Shown here: positions 1 through 7,125 of the stretch, piece by piece
Layout: each line of letters begins with the position of its first letter
Position numbering within the stretch: position 1 is the first letter of the stretch
IMG/VR virus record: IMGVR_UViG_3300044783_000109
Span: 1 to 60,216 of that record
From: a virus
Reading direction: 5' to 3' (one strand)
Length of the DNA: 60,216 nucleotides
The notes under the pieces: generated by a model
Told to the model about the DNA's origin: nothing
Databases searched by the model: none
The model's input: the letters and a program-made list of their open reading frames with translations, nothing else
Made by a program: the position numbers and the translations under genes

Positions 1-127
1 GCCGTCCGCGCCACCGGGCCGGTCATAAATGCGGTAGTAGATGTACCGGTACCCCGCGCGGATCTCGAAGTTCCACACCGGCTGCGATAGGATTCCAGCT
101 TCGGCCCGCACCTCGAGCCCCTCGGTG
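1..127. repeat. Terminal overlap copy A (identical to 60090..60216)
   Basis: Read directly: first 127 nt equal the last 127 nt base for base. The length is typical of an assembler k-mer overlap on a circular molecule. Confidence 0.95.
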
Positions 128-750
128 TCGAGGGAGTCTTCTGTCGAGGCGCTGTTGCGCGCCCTTGCGCGCGTGTAGCCGCCCGCGACCCTTCCGGAGG
201 CGAAGAGGCTTGCGATGTGGCGCAGGCCGGCCTCGATATCTAACCGCCCCTCGGGGCCAACGGTGTGGACGTCGATTTCGGCATCGCCGTCCTCAACGTC
301 CAGCACCGAGTTTCTGTAGAGGAGACTGAGCCCACCAGCGAAGCGAACGCGCCGCGAGATCCCCTCCAGCCTGGAGGGTGGGAGCGCGCGGTTCCACGAG
401 CTCCAGAGGTAGCCGGCCGAAAGCCTCCAGGTGGAGATCCTCGAGTCGGCAACGCCGGCAAACCTGCCGGACTCGGTCACGAGCGATTCCGAGTCGATCG
501 TCGCCGCGTGGTGCCCATGAAAGACGACGTCCCACCCGAGGCCAGCTCCGTAGGCCGGTTCGTCGAACACCTCGCCCAAGCCCTCGAAGCGCTCGGTGAA
601 TGTGCCGGCGGAGAATGAAAAGTGGGGGACGTTGAAGATGTATGGGGCGTCTGGCTGAGGCTCGTTCCACCGTTGCCAGTCGTCCTGACCGACGGCGAGA
701 TGGGGGAAGACGAGCATTGCGAGAAGGAGCGCGAGCGCTTTGACAGCCAT
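1..750 (-). CDS. Secreted beta-barrel outer-membrane-protein-like protein, first 250 codons; ORF wraps the junction and ends at 60042 (265 aa total)
   Basis: Minus frame is open over all of 1..750 (no tta/cta/tca in phase). It is absent from the ORF track because it runs off the window edge. ATG at 750-748; N-terminus MAVKALALLLAMLVFPHLAVG looks like a signal peptide. The joined product ends ...IEFRFPF (terminal-Phe OMP signature). Confidence 0.7.
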   Translation of the reverse strand, partial: MAVKALALLLAMLVFPHLAVGQDDWQRWNEPQPDAPYIFNVPHFSFSAGTFTERFEGLGEVFDEPAYGAGLGWDVVFHGHHAATIDSESLVTESGRFAGVADSRISTWRLSAGYLWSSWNRALPPSRLEGISRRVRFAGGLSLLYRNSVLDVEDGDAEIDVHTVGPEGRLDIEAGLRHIASLFASGRVAGGYTRARARNSASTEDSLDTEGLEVRAEAGILSQPVWNFEIRAGYRYIYYRIYDRPGGADG

Positions 751-859
751 ACCTATCCAACTGCGCCTATCTCGCCCCGAGGTCCATGGCGCGTCACCCT
801 CTCTCCTCTCTGGGCTGCTCCGCTTCACCGCGCCTCCGAGCACTCGAGGCGCAAGGGAA

Positions 860-889
860 AGATTACGCCCTGGCGGGAGAGGAAGTCAA
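860..889 (-). promoter_or_regulatory. Candidate sigma-70-type promoter for the OMP/lipoprotein operon
   Basis: Minus strand reads TTGACT-N18-TAATCT about 110 nt upstream of the ATG at 750. Confidence 0.3.
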
Positions 890-898
890 GTGGGTGCA

Positions 899-927
899 TT
901 GCCCGGGCCGCGCCGGCATCGTAGACT
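899..927 (+). promoter_or_regulatory. Candidate promoter for the dockerin-like gene
   Basis: TTGCCC-N17-TAGACT in the divergent intergenic region, about 55 nt upstream of the ATG at 982. Confidence 0.3.
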
Positions 928-981
928 CCAGGAAGGGTAGGGCGGAGAGGGAAGCAAAGAAGAAGAAGGAAGAAGAGAACC

Positions 982-1329
982 ATGCGACTCAGCGCTTTCG
1001 TGCTGGCCGGCGTCCTATTCTGCGCGCACCTCTGTGCCGGGATCATCGACATCTCGGAGATCATCAAAAGAGGCGATTCCAATCACTCCGGGGTGGTCAA
1101 CATGTCGGACGTCGTCTACCTGAATTCGTACCTCTTCAACGGAGGGCCGGCGCCTCAGTGCATGAACGAAGCGGACGCTCAGCATGATGGACGGGTCGAC
1201 GTTTCAGATCCCATCTATCTGTTGAATTGGCTCTACTCGGGCGGTCCTGCTCCTCCTGCTCCAGGGCCCTTCAACACGAGCTGCACGACCTCGAGCGCCC
1301 CGGTCATCTCCTGCAACGTCGGCTGTTAA
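982..1329 (+). CDS. Small secreted protein with two dockerin/EF-hand-like repeats
   Basis: N-terminal hydrophobic signal (MRLSAFVLAGVLFCAHLCAG). Two repeats, GDSNHSGVVNMSDVVYLNSYLFNGGPAP and DAQHDGRVDVSDPIYLLNWLYSGGPAPP, match the D-x-N/D-x-D-G-x-V-x-x-x-D Ca-binding dockerin pattern. Cys-rich tail. Confidence 0.7.
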   Translation: MRLSAFVLAGVLFCAHLCAGIIDISEIIKRGDSNHSGVVNMSDVVYLNSYLFNGGPAPQCMNEADAQHDGRVDVSDPIYLLNWLYSGGPAPPAPGPFNTSCTTSSAPVISCNVGC

Positions 1330-2102
1330 AGCATCACGAGGTGCCCGCGGATCCGCGAACGGTGCAGGAGCAAGCGACCCCGCCGCTCGAGCGCATCGAT
1401 GGTCGCCGGTGGACAGCCGCTGTCGCGCATGCAGGAGTCCCACAGCATGTTCTCCTCCGAGCGCCCGAGGTGCCGGTAGACCGTGGCAAGCCTGGCCGCT
1501 GACCGCGCCACGTTGAGCCGTCGCCCATCCTTCTGAACGTGGAGCCCGGCGTTGTCGAGCGAACGCATGGCCGCGACGACTGCGCCGACGTTCACCTGGC
1601 ACGTAGCAAGCCCGATGTGCCAGAGGGATCGGCTCATGTCATTCCCCACTACCGGCTTTGAAATGAGCCGCGTGTAAATCTCTGCCGCCGCCAGGAATTT
1701 CCCGTGGTAGAGCTGGATCGACGCCTCGAGCGCGATGCGTTGGGCGAGGATCTTGGATGTCTCATCATCCGCTTCGGCGAATGGTTCGAACATTTCATCT
1801 GTCGACCGCGTCTCGATCGACGGCACGAACCCGCGGACGATTTTGTTTTCCACCTTCAGGATCCGATGGACGGCTGAGCGCAACCTGTCACCAGGGAGCG
1901 GCGGGGATTCCTTTCGCTCGAGCTCTGCCGCCTGGAATGCCAGGCTCGCTTCGCGTAGCCGACCCTGGAGCGATCGAAGCATTCCCTGGAGGCTCCGCGA
2001 GAACCAGGTGACCGAGCCTCGAAGCTCTTCGCTCGAGGCATTGAGATCTCCGATTTCGTAGAGCCGCTGAGACCAACCCTCCGGGATTCCACGGTAGATC
2101 AT
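1326..2102 (-). CDS. Hypothetical protein translationally coupled to the integrase (258 aa)
   Basis: ORF track. Its ATG overlaps the integrase stop (ATGA at 2099-2102). No motif recognised. Confidence 0.6.
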   Translation of the reverse strand: MIYRGIPEGWSQRLYEIGDLNASSEELRGSVTWFSRSLQGMLRSLQGRLREASLAFQAAELERKESPPLPGDRLRSAVHRILKVENKIVRGFVPSIETRSTDEMFEPFAEADDETSKILAQRIALEASIQLYHGKFLAAAEIYTRLISKPVVGNDMSRSLWHIGLATCQVNVGAVVAAMRSLDNAGLHVQKDGRRLNVARSAARLATVYRHLGRSEENMLWDSCMRDSGCPPATIDALERRGRLLLHRSRIRGHLVML

Positions 2103-3049
2103 GCCTTGCCTTTCTCATTCTCGTCCCTTGCTTCCTTGCGTTTCTCCTCGAGCTTCTTGACGCCGTTTATGAGGTCGGCCTCGATAACGATGTTGTACCG
2201 ATCGAAGATGCTCTCCGTCGCTCGGCCCATCAGGTCCATCGACACGCTGCGCGACATGCCCGACTGATCGAAGCGCCTGGCCGCCGTTCGGCAGAGGTCA
2301 TGGACCAAGCGCCCAGGGAGGCCGGCCTTTCGGCACGCCGTCTTCCACGCCTTGCGGTAGTCGCCCACCTGGCGGGCATCAGGGTAGCGCCAGAAGACCC
2401 AGGGGATTACGCGCCCGAGCTTGATCTCCATCCCCTTCGTGTCGCGGAGCTGATCGAGGATGAGTGTCCGGAATTCGTTGAGCACCGCGAAGGGCCAGCA
2501 GCGCCCCTCTCCGCATTTCGTCTCCCCCGGGTCCACGCGGATCATCCCGCCGACGAGGTCCACGTTCGCATTCCACGTCAGGCGCCGTGCGTCGTCCGCC
2601 CTCCAGCCAGTGAGGAAAAGGAACTGCATGTACGGCGCGAGGTCCCCTGGAAGGAGCCGGCAAACCTCCCGGAACTGCCCGTCCTCGAAGAATCCCTTCC
2701 TCACGTTGTTGAGGCGGATCGTCGGGAACGGCGGGCACTTCGCCTCGCCGGCAATCTCGAGGAGGTGGAACCCGCGCTTCAGCGCGATGAGTTCGTTTCG
2801 GACCGTGCTGCCAGCCGCCTTCGGTTCCTTCTCGGATCCCTCCATGCGCTTCCTGGTGTAGGCCAGGAGCTGGGAGTAGCCGATGCCGGCGAGGTCCGTC
2901 TCGGTGCCGAAGTGGGCGGAGAGATGGGCGAAGGACTGCTTGACTCGCTGCGCCGTTTTTTTCCCAGAAATCGCGTAGTCGGCAAGGATTGCGTCAAGCG
3001 CGTTCGCGAGCGTGGCCACTTTCTTCCCTCGTTCCGATGCCTGGAACAA
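2099..3049 (-). CDS. int: Tyrosine recombinase / phage integrase
   Basis: C-terminal catalytic pattern: TGWRADDARRL (Arg), HDLCRTAA (H-x-x-R), GRATESIFDRYN (Tyr). The start at 3049 is TTG, so the exact start is uncertain. Confidence 0.85.
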   Translation of the reverse strand: MFQASERGKKVATLANALDAILADYAISGKKTAQRVKQSFAHLSAHFGTETDLAGIGYSQLLAYTRKRMEGSEKEPKAAGSTVRNELIALKRGFHLLEIAGEAKCPPFPTIRLNNVRKGFFEDGQFREVCRLLPGDLAPYMQFLFLTGWRADDARRLTWNANVDLVGGMIRVDPGETKCGEGRCWPFAVLNEFRTLILDQLRDTKGMEIKLGRVIPWVFWRYPDARQVGDYRKAWKTACRKAGLPGRLVHDLCRTAARRFDQSGMSRSVSMDLMGRATESIFDRYNIVIEADLINGVKKLEEKRKEARDENEKGKA

Positions 3050-3177
3050 CGGTTCTTTAGACCGATGTTCCTACCATTCTCCCGGAAGTTAGGGCAACCA
3101 ACACCACGCTCCAGGCCCTAAACTCGTATACACCTCAGATAGGCAAAGCTTCTAACCAACCTCTTGCATTCTGTCAA

Positions 3178-3438
3178 GTGGGAAGATACCCTAAGCTCTC
3201 GATGACGGACTGGCTCTCAGAATTCGACGACACGCCTTTCGGGAAAAGGCCTCGCCGGAGGAAGCCCGGACAATGGTCGCTTTCGTTCTCTCAGTGTCGC
3301 AGGTGCAGCAGAACGACCGTGCCCCATCAGGGGGGCGGATACTGCCGCTACTGCTACACCACAGTCTGGCGCAAGAGAAACAAGGCATCTTCTGCCCAAA
3401 AAGCGCGGCCGACAAAGAAATCGAAAAATGCCCATTGA
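3178..3438 (+). CDS. Zinc-ribbon protein with basic tail (86 aa); paralogue of 57299..57559
   Basis: GTG start. KPGQWS...C-x2-C...PH...G-x-C-x2-CY motif shared with the 57299 ORF, which has the same length. Confidence 0.6.
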   Translation: MGRYPKLSMTDWLSEFDDTPFGKRPRRRKPGQWSLSFSQCRRCSRTTVPHQGGGYCRYCYTTVWRKRNKASSAQKARPTKKSKNAH

Positions 3439-3462
3439 CACGTATGCTCTAATCGATATACT
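3435..3462 (+). promoter_or_regulatory. Near-consensus sigma-70-type promoter facing the early region
   Basis: TTGACA (3435-3440), 16-nt spacer, TATACT (3457-3462). Confidence 0.5.
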
Positions 3463-3532
3463 GCAAGCCATGCGGTTAGGCTTGCCACGAACGTAATTGT
3501 AGCGCTGGCTAAGTAGCTGGCGCAAAGGCTTA

Positions 3533-3563
3533 GGAAACCAGGCGTTAGAGCGCCTTGGTTTCC
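3533..3563 (-). terminator. Strong hairpin downstream of the tRNA (possible tRNA transcript end; no clear U-run)
   Basis: GGAAACCA/TGGTTTCC plus GGCG/CGCC arms around loop TTAGAG, 57 nt beyond the tRNA 3' end. Confidence 0.3.
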
Positions 3564-3619
3564 TGAAGGCAACCGCAGGTCACAAAGATGTGTTCGAAGG
3601 AATCAGAACCGGATTTCCT

Positions 3620-3696
3620 TGGTATCCCCGGCCCGGATCGAACGGGCGACCTCCGAATTAGGAATTCGGCGTTCTATCCAACTGAACTACGGGGAC
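3620..3696 (-). tRNA. tRNA-Arg (anticodon CCU), CCA encoded
   Basis: Hand-folded cloverleaf: acceptor GTCCCCG/CGGGGAT (G1-U72 wobble), D stem GTTC/GAAC, anticodon stem CCGAA/TTCGG with loop TTCCTAA, T arm GCCCG-TTCGATC-CGGGC, then A-CCA. Confidence 0.9.
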
Positions 3697-3710
3697 GCAA
3701 TCGAGCCGAC

Positions 3711-3739
3711 AGCGTAGCTTCTGAGGCGCATGCTGTCAA
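3711..3739 (-). promoter_or_regulatory. Candidate promoter for the tRNA
   Basis: Minus strand TTGACA-N17-TACGCT. The -10 element ends about 14 nt upstream of tRNA position 1. Confidence 0.45.
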
Positions 3740-4209
3740 CGAGCAATCATTTTGGGAAGCGCCATCAGAAACCGCAGCGCCAGGCGCGGCTGAGGCCGTA
3801 AATAGTTGCAGCCGTTGCGGTAGAGAGAAACCGCTCGTGGAGGCCTCATGAGCCAGTTGCACCGATTCAGGAAGGCTGCTTCGGCCCTCGCTGCCCTTCG
3901 TCACTGGCGACGAGACAACCTGGCAGCCCTTCCTTTTTTCTCCCACTCGGCAGTTGTCCCGGCATGCGGCCCCGAGACGCGCGACCCCGCTGGACATGAG
4001 CAGCGGCACGGTCGGTTTCGGGCCCGCTTCTTTTTCCCCCGTCGGTTGCCCCTGACCACGCGGTGTCCGACCCCAGTTCAGCTGAGAAACTCGCTGATGC
4101 CCTCAGACCCCAAAGCCAGTCGGCCCCGCGTGCCCTTCCCTCGCCCGCCCGGAGCAACTCGAAGGGCGCCGGGCGGGCCTCACCTTGGCCCCTACTTTTC
4201 TCGTCTGTG

Positions 4210-4244
4210 CGCTGGAGCCAGTACCACCGGCTCCAGCGTTTTTT
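4210..4244 (+). terminator. Rho-independent terminator
   Basis: Perfect 10-bp stem CGCTGGAGCC/GGCTCCAGCG, 9-nt loop, followed immediately by TTTTTT. Confidence 0.75.
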
Positions 4245-4365
4245 GTCAACCAGCCCGCTCGGCGTTCCCATGCACTCGGAAGCCAACAACCGCTCCGGGC
4301 GGGCCCTTCACTACGAAAACGAAACTGCACGCACCGGAAGTGGTTCGCGGCGCGTGCTCTCCAGA

Positions 4366-4401
4366 GGGCGGCGGCCTCGTCGGTCGTCGCCCGATCTTTT
4401 T
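4366..4401 (+). terminator. Rho-independent terminator-like hairpin
   Basis: 11-bp GC-rich stem (GGGCGGCGGCC/GGTCGTCGCCC, with two G-U pairs), 5-nt loop, then GATC-TTTTT. Confidence 0.55.
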
Positions 4402-4476
4402 CTCACTCGAGGCCCCAAAGAAAAGGGCCGCTCATGCGAACGGGAAGAACGCGAGCGACCCAGAAAGGCAGGACGA

Positions 4477-4629
4477 ATGGTAACCATGTGTCGAGCTGAA
4501 CGCAAGAGGGCAGCCAGGCGCGAGAGCTTCCGCGACGCGTGGGACGTGATCGCGCCTGTGCTTTTCGTTGCGCTCGCAATCGCCGGCTACACGATCCTCG
4601 CGCTGTGGATCGGCGGAGGTGGCAAATGA
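4477..4629 (+). CDS. Small membrane protein (50 aa, one TM helix)
   Basis: Internal ATG of track ORF 4063..4629, preceded by AAAGGCAGGA. Hydrophobic helix VIAPVLFVALAIAGYTILALWIGG. First gene of the coupled plus-strand chain. Confidence 0.55.
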   Translation: MVTMCRAERKRAARRESFRDAWDVIAPVLFVALAIAGYTILALWIGGGGK

Positions 4630-4880
4630 CCAGCACGCACGACCTTCGCCGCGGACTCATCGACGTGATCCATTTTCACCACTGCGAGTTCGGTGACGGA
4701 TACGAGATCGAGTTCTACGGTTCGGGAATCGACTTCTGCCTGAAGCTCAAGAAGCGAGACGCAGAAACGCTCCGCGATCAGCTCATGGCCATGCTGCCAG
4801 CGCCGCTCGGCGCTTCGGCGGTCGCGGACAGCGCTGGGGCCTCGGAGCCGACGGCGGGCGAGGCGGTGTCTCATGGATGA
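4626..4880 (+). CDS. Hypothetical protein (84 aa)
   Basis: ATGA overlap with the upstream stop; GC-rich third positions. Confidence 0.6.
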   Translation: MTSTHDLRRGLIDVIHFHHCEFGDGYEIEFYGSGIDFCLKLKKRDAETLRDQLMAMLPAPLGASAVADSAGASEPTAGEAVSHG

Positions 4881-5151
4881 GCCCAGTATTGAAAAGTCCT
4901 TCCGCAAGTTCTTGGCGCTCTACGGTCCGATCCTACAGCTCAGCGCGCCGGCTGTTCCTGATTCCGTTCTCAGCGTCGCATTCAGCCACGGCTTCCTGGA
5001 CGGCTACGCAGCCGCGTCCAACGACACGCTAAGTTCTCTCCGCGAGAGTGAGAGCAGAACCCGGACGCACAAGCCAGGTGCTTCGCTCGTCGCGGACGCC
5101 CCCACGAACGGCGCCGAGACGGCCGCGGTGGGAGAGGAGGTGGCGCGATGA
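4873..5151 (+). CDS. Hypothetical protein (92 aa)
   Basis: ORF track; overlaps its neighbours by a few nt. Confidence 0.55.
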   Translation: MDEPSIEKSFRKFLALYGPILQLSAPAVPDSVLSVAFSHGFLDGYAAASNDTLSSLRESESRTRTHKPGASLVADAPTNGAETAAVGEEVAR

Positions 5152-5351
5152 CCAAGGGAGAGCTTCGCAAGGCGCGAAAGTCGGCGGTGGCTACAGGGCA
5201 GCCGTGGACAGCGGTTCAGGAGGACGGCCGGATCGTTCAAGGGCGGGTCAGGACCAGGCGCGAGGAGGCCCGGCACGCTCGGGGCATGCATCGCTGGGCG
5301 CGAACTTACGACTCGCTCAACGGTGCGCCGGAAAGTGACGGTGACCGATGA
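5148..5351 (+). CDS. Hypothetical basic protein (67 aa)
   Basis: ORF track; ATGA overlaps at both ends. Confidence 0.55.
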   Translation: MTKGELRKARKSAVATGQPWTAVQEDGRIVQGRVRTRREEARHARGMHRWARTYDSLNGAPESDGDR

Positions 5352-5653
5352 ACAGGCACGCGCCGCTTCCATGGTTCGGGTCGCGGGCTAACCGCTCTTT
5401 GGTGATGTCAGGGCGCATGACCTCCGTCGCGGAGTGCCTGTCCAGGCTGAATGGCGAAGCGGATGCCGAGTACATCGTTCAGGCCTGCAATGCCTTCCCC
5501 GCTTTGCTCGCAGCGCTCAGGCGCATTGCCTGGGAGCCGATTGGGCCGGCAGATGCGAGTCACCGAGAGGTCCTCGATGCGGTCACAGAAATTGCCCGCG
5601 CCGCCGTGCTCCTGGCCGAGCCCGCCGCGGCCCGGGAGGTGACGACGCCATGA
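5348..5653 (+). CDS. Hypothetical protein (101 aa)
   Basis: ORF track; ATGA coupling. Confidence 0.6.
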   Translation: MNRHAPLPWFGSRANRSLVMSGRMTSVAECLSRLNGEADAEYIVQACNAFPALLAALRRIAWEPIGPADASHREVLDAVTEIARAAVLLAEPAAAREVTTP

Positions 5654-5913
5654 GCGCTACCGTCTACCTCTGCTCCCCCACGAACAGCACGCTGTTCACC
5701 TCGTGCTGCCACGTAGCAATCCTGGACGATCAGCCGGCGTGCCCGAAGTGCGGAACCGAGGTGCTGCCGGAGACAGGGCCCGGGCGCTGGGAGGCTGCAT
5801 ACGGACCCATTCGGCGGGGCCACGGACGATATGGTTCTCCGGTGTCCGCGTCAACCCCAGAGCCTCTCCACGACTACGAGGCGCAGATAGCGACGCCAGA
5901 GGAGTCGCGATGA
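5650..5913 (+). CDS. Cys-rich (zinc-ribbon-like) hypothetical protein (87 aa)
   Basis: Internal ATG of track ORF 5434..5913 in an ATGA overlap. Contains CC-H ... CPKC. Confidence 0.55.
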   Translation: MSATVYLCSPTNSTLFTSCCHVAILDDQPACPKCGTEVLPETGPGRWEAAYGPIRRGHGRYGSPVSASTPEPLHDYEAQIATPEESR

Positions 5914-6131
5914 TGGACAAGAAGCACTGCGTAGGTTGCCGCGAAAACTTCTACAACGGCAACAACAGCCTGGGCATCCAGGAATGCTGGATGCTCAAGA
6001 GTGCCAAGCTGATCCTGCGGAAGGCAGTTCACAGGGATCAGCGTGCACCTTGGAATCAGACGGCGACCGAAAAGCCCAGCTGTTACCGGAGTCAGGACTA
6101 CATCTATGTTGGCCCGGAGGTGACGCGATGA
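5910..6131 (+). CDS. Hypothetical protein (73 aa)
   Basis: ATGATG start overlapping the upstream stop; CVGC motif. Confidence 0.55.
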   Translation: MMDKKHCVGCRENFYNGNNSLGIQECWMLKSAKLILRKAVHRDQRAPWNQTATEKPSCYRSQDYIYVGPEVTR

Positions 6132-6235
6132 GGTTCGCCAACGTCCTCCTTGCCATCGCGATTCTTATCGCGGTTCTCATTCTCGTCTTCTGGCGCGCCA
6201 TCGCCGAGGTCCTCGTCGGGGGGCTCGCGCCATGA
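6128..6235 (+). CDS. Micro-ORF, single-TM peptide (35 aa)
   Basis: ATGA overlaps at both ends; sequence MRFANVLLAIAILIAVLILVFW. Below the 60-aa track cut-off as an independent ORF. Confidence 0.45.
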   Translation: MRFANVLLAIAILIAVLILVFWRAIAEVLVGGLAP

Positions 6236-6483
6236 CCTGGGAGGAAATGTGCCAACACCACGCAATTGGCGAAGCCGACGAGCGCGAACGCTGCGAAGAG
6301 CTGCTACAGCGCCACGGGCCGGCGCTGTTTGCCAGGTCCCCACAGATTGTCAGTACCCCACAGAGCCAAGTCGAAATGCAACGCTGCAACAGGTGCTTGC
6401 GTTGGCACGAATCCAAACTGCTATTCGGGGAGGTGCGGATCTGCCGGCAATGTTTCAAGACGGTCAACGGGAGGGCTCCATGA
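6232..6483 (+). CDS. Zinc-ribbon hypothetical protein (83 aa)
   Basis: ORF track; CNRC ... CRQC pairs. Confidence 0.6.
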   Translation: MTWEEMCQHHAIGEADERERCEELLQRHGPALFARSPQIVSTPQSQVEMQRCNRCLRWHESKLLFGEVRICRQCFKTVNGRAP

Positions 6484-6698
6484 AAGCCAGCGAGATCGAG
6501 ATCGGCGGTGTGTACACGGCGAAGGTCTCGGGAAAGCTGGTGCCCGTCCGCGTGCTCGGCGTTTGCCGTCTGAGCTTCGGGGGCGCTCAGGCCTGGCGCT
6601 GCCGGAACGAACTCACCAACCGCGAGATCACCGTCCGCTCGTGCCAGCGCTTTCGCGCGGCCGTCGCGGAAGTCAGAAGGGAGACGCCATCCACATGA
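6480..6698 (+). CDS. Hypothetical protein (72 aa)
   Basis: ATGA-coupled internal start of track ORF 6150..6698. Confidence 0.6.
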   Translation: MKASEIEIGGVYTAKVSGKLVPVRVLGVCRLSFGGAQAWRCRNELTNREITVRSCQRFRAAVAEVRRETPST

Positions 6699-6847
6699 AA
6701 CGCATCAACATCAACCCGCCCCCCTACGCCGGCGGCCAAGGCCGGACGGCCGAAGAGATCGAGGAGATCGGAGCCGCCATGCTCTGGCTCCTCCCTCTGC
6801 TCGTGGTGCTCATCATCTGGTCGCTGTTCAGCGGAGGTCGCTCGTGA
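6695..6847 (+). CDS. Small membrane protein (50 aa)
   Basis: ATGA-coupled; C-terminal helix MLWLLPLLVVLIIWSLF. Confidence 0.5.
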   Translation: MKRININPPPYAGGQGRTAEEIEEIGAAMLWLLPLLVVLIIWSLFSGGRS

Positions 6848-7125
6848 ACGGCGTGCCGGCCGAGGACCAGCTCATCACGTGCCCCGCGTGTGGCAAGCTC
6901 TTTTTCTTCGCGCGCACGCCAGCGGGTGCAGCAATGCCTTTGGACGCCAAGCCGATCAAGCAAGGCTACTCCGTCCCGGATCTCAAAGAGGGCGAGACGG
7001 ATCATACCTGCGCCCCCGCTGGCTTTCCGGTCTTCACTACACATTGGGGAACCTGTTCCGATCCGGACCGCTTCCGCAGGGAGCACAAGAGCTACAAGAA
7101 GGCGCCGGCCGGGGATGGGGGGTAG
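6844..7125 (+). CDS. Zinc-ribbon hypothetical protein (93 aa)
   Basis: GTGA-coupled GTG start; CPACG ... H-x-C ... C pattern. Confidence 0.6.
   Translation: MNGVPAEDQLITCPACGKLFFFARTPAGAAMPLDAKPIKQGYSVPDLKEGETDHTCAPAGFPVFTTHWGTCSDPDRFRREHKSYKKAPAGDGG

Larger units (their letters stand above)
3740..4476 (+). other. Non-coding, hairpin-rich region between the tRNA and the first early gene
   Basis: All six-frame ORFs here are Arg/Pro/Gly-rich and look like junk. Multiple stem-loops are followed by T-runs on the plus strand. Confidence 0.6.

Noticed and set aside
1-127. Genuine direct terminal repeats of a linear phage genome, or attL/attR of an integrated prophage
   Set aside because: An uninterrupted gene reads through the junction, and 127 nt is a common assembler k-mer length, so circular closure is the simpler reading. 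This cannot be fully excluded without reads.
3848-4483. 211-aa plus-strand ORF (and overlapping ORFs in other frames) in the leader region
   Set aside because: Pro/Arg/Gly/Ser-rich with no hydrophobic core pattern. It spans several hairpin/T-run terminators. Several mutually overlapping frames are equally open, which argues for non-coding GC-rich DNA.
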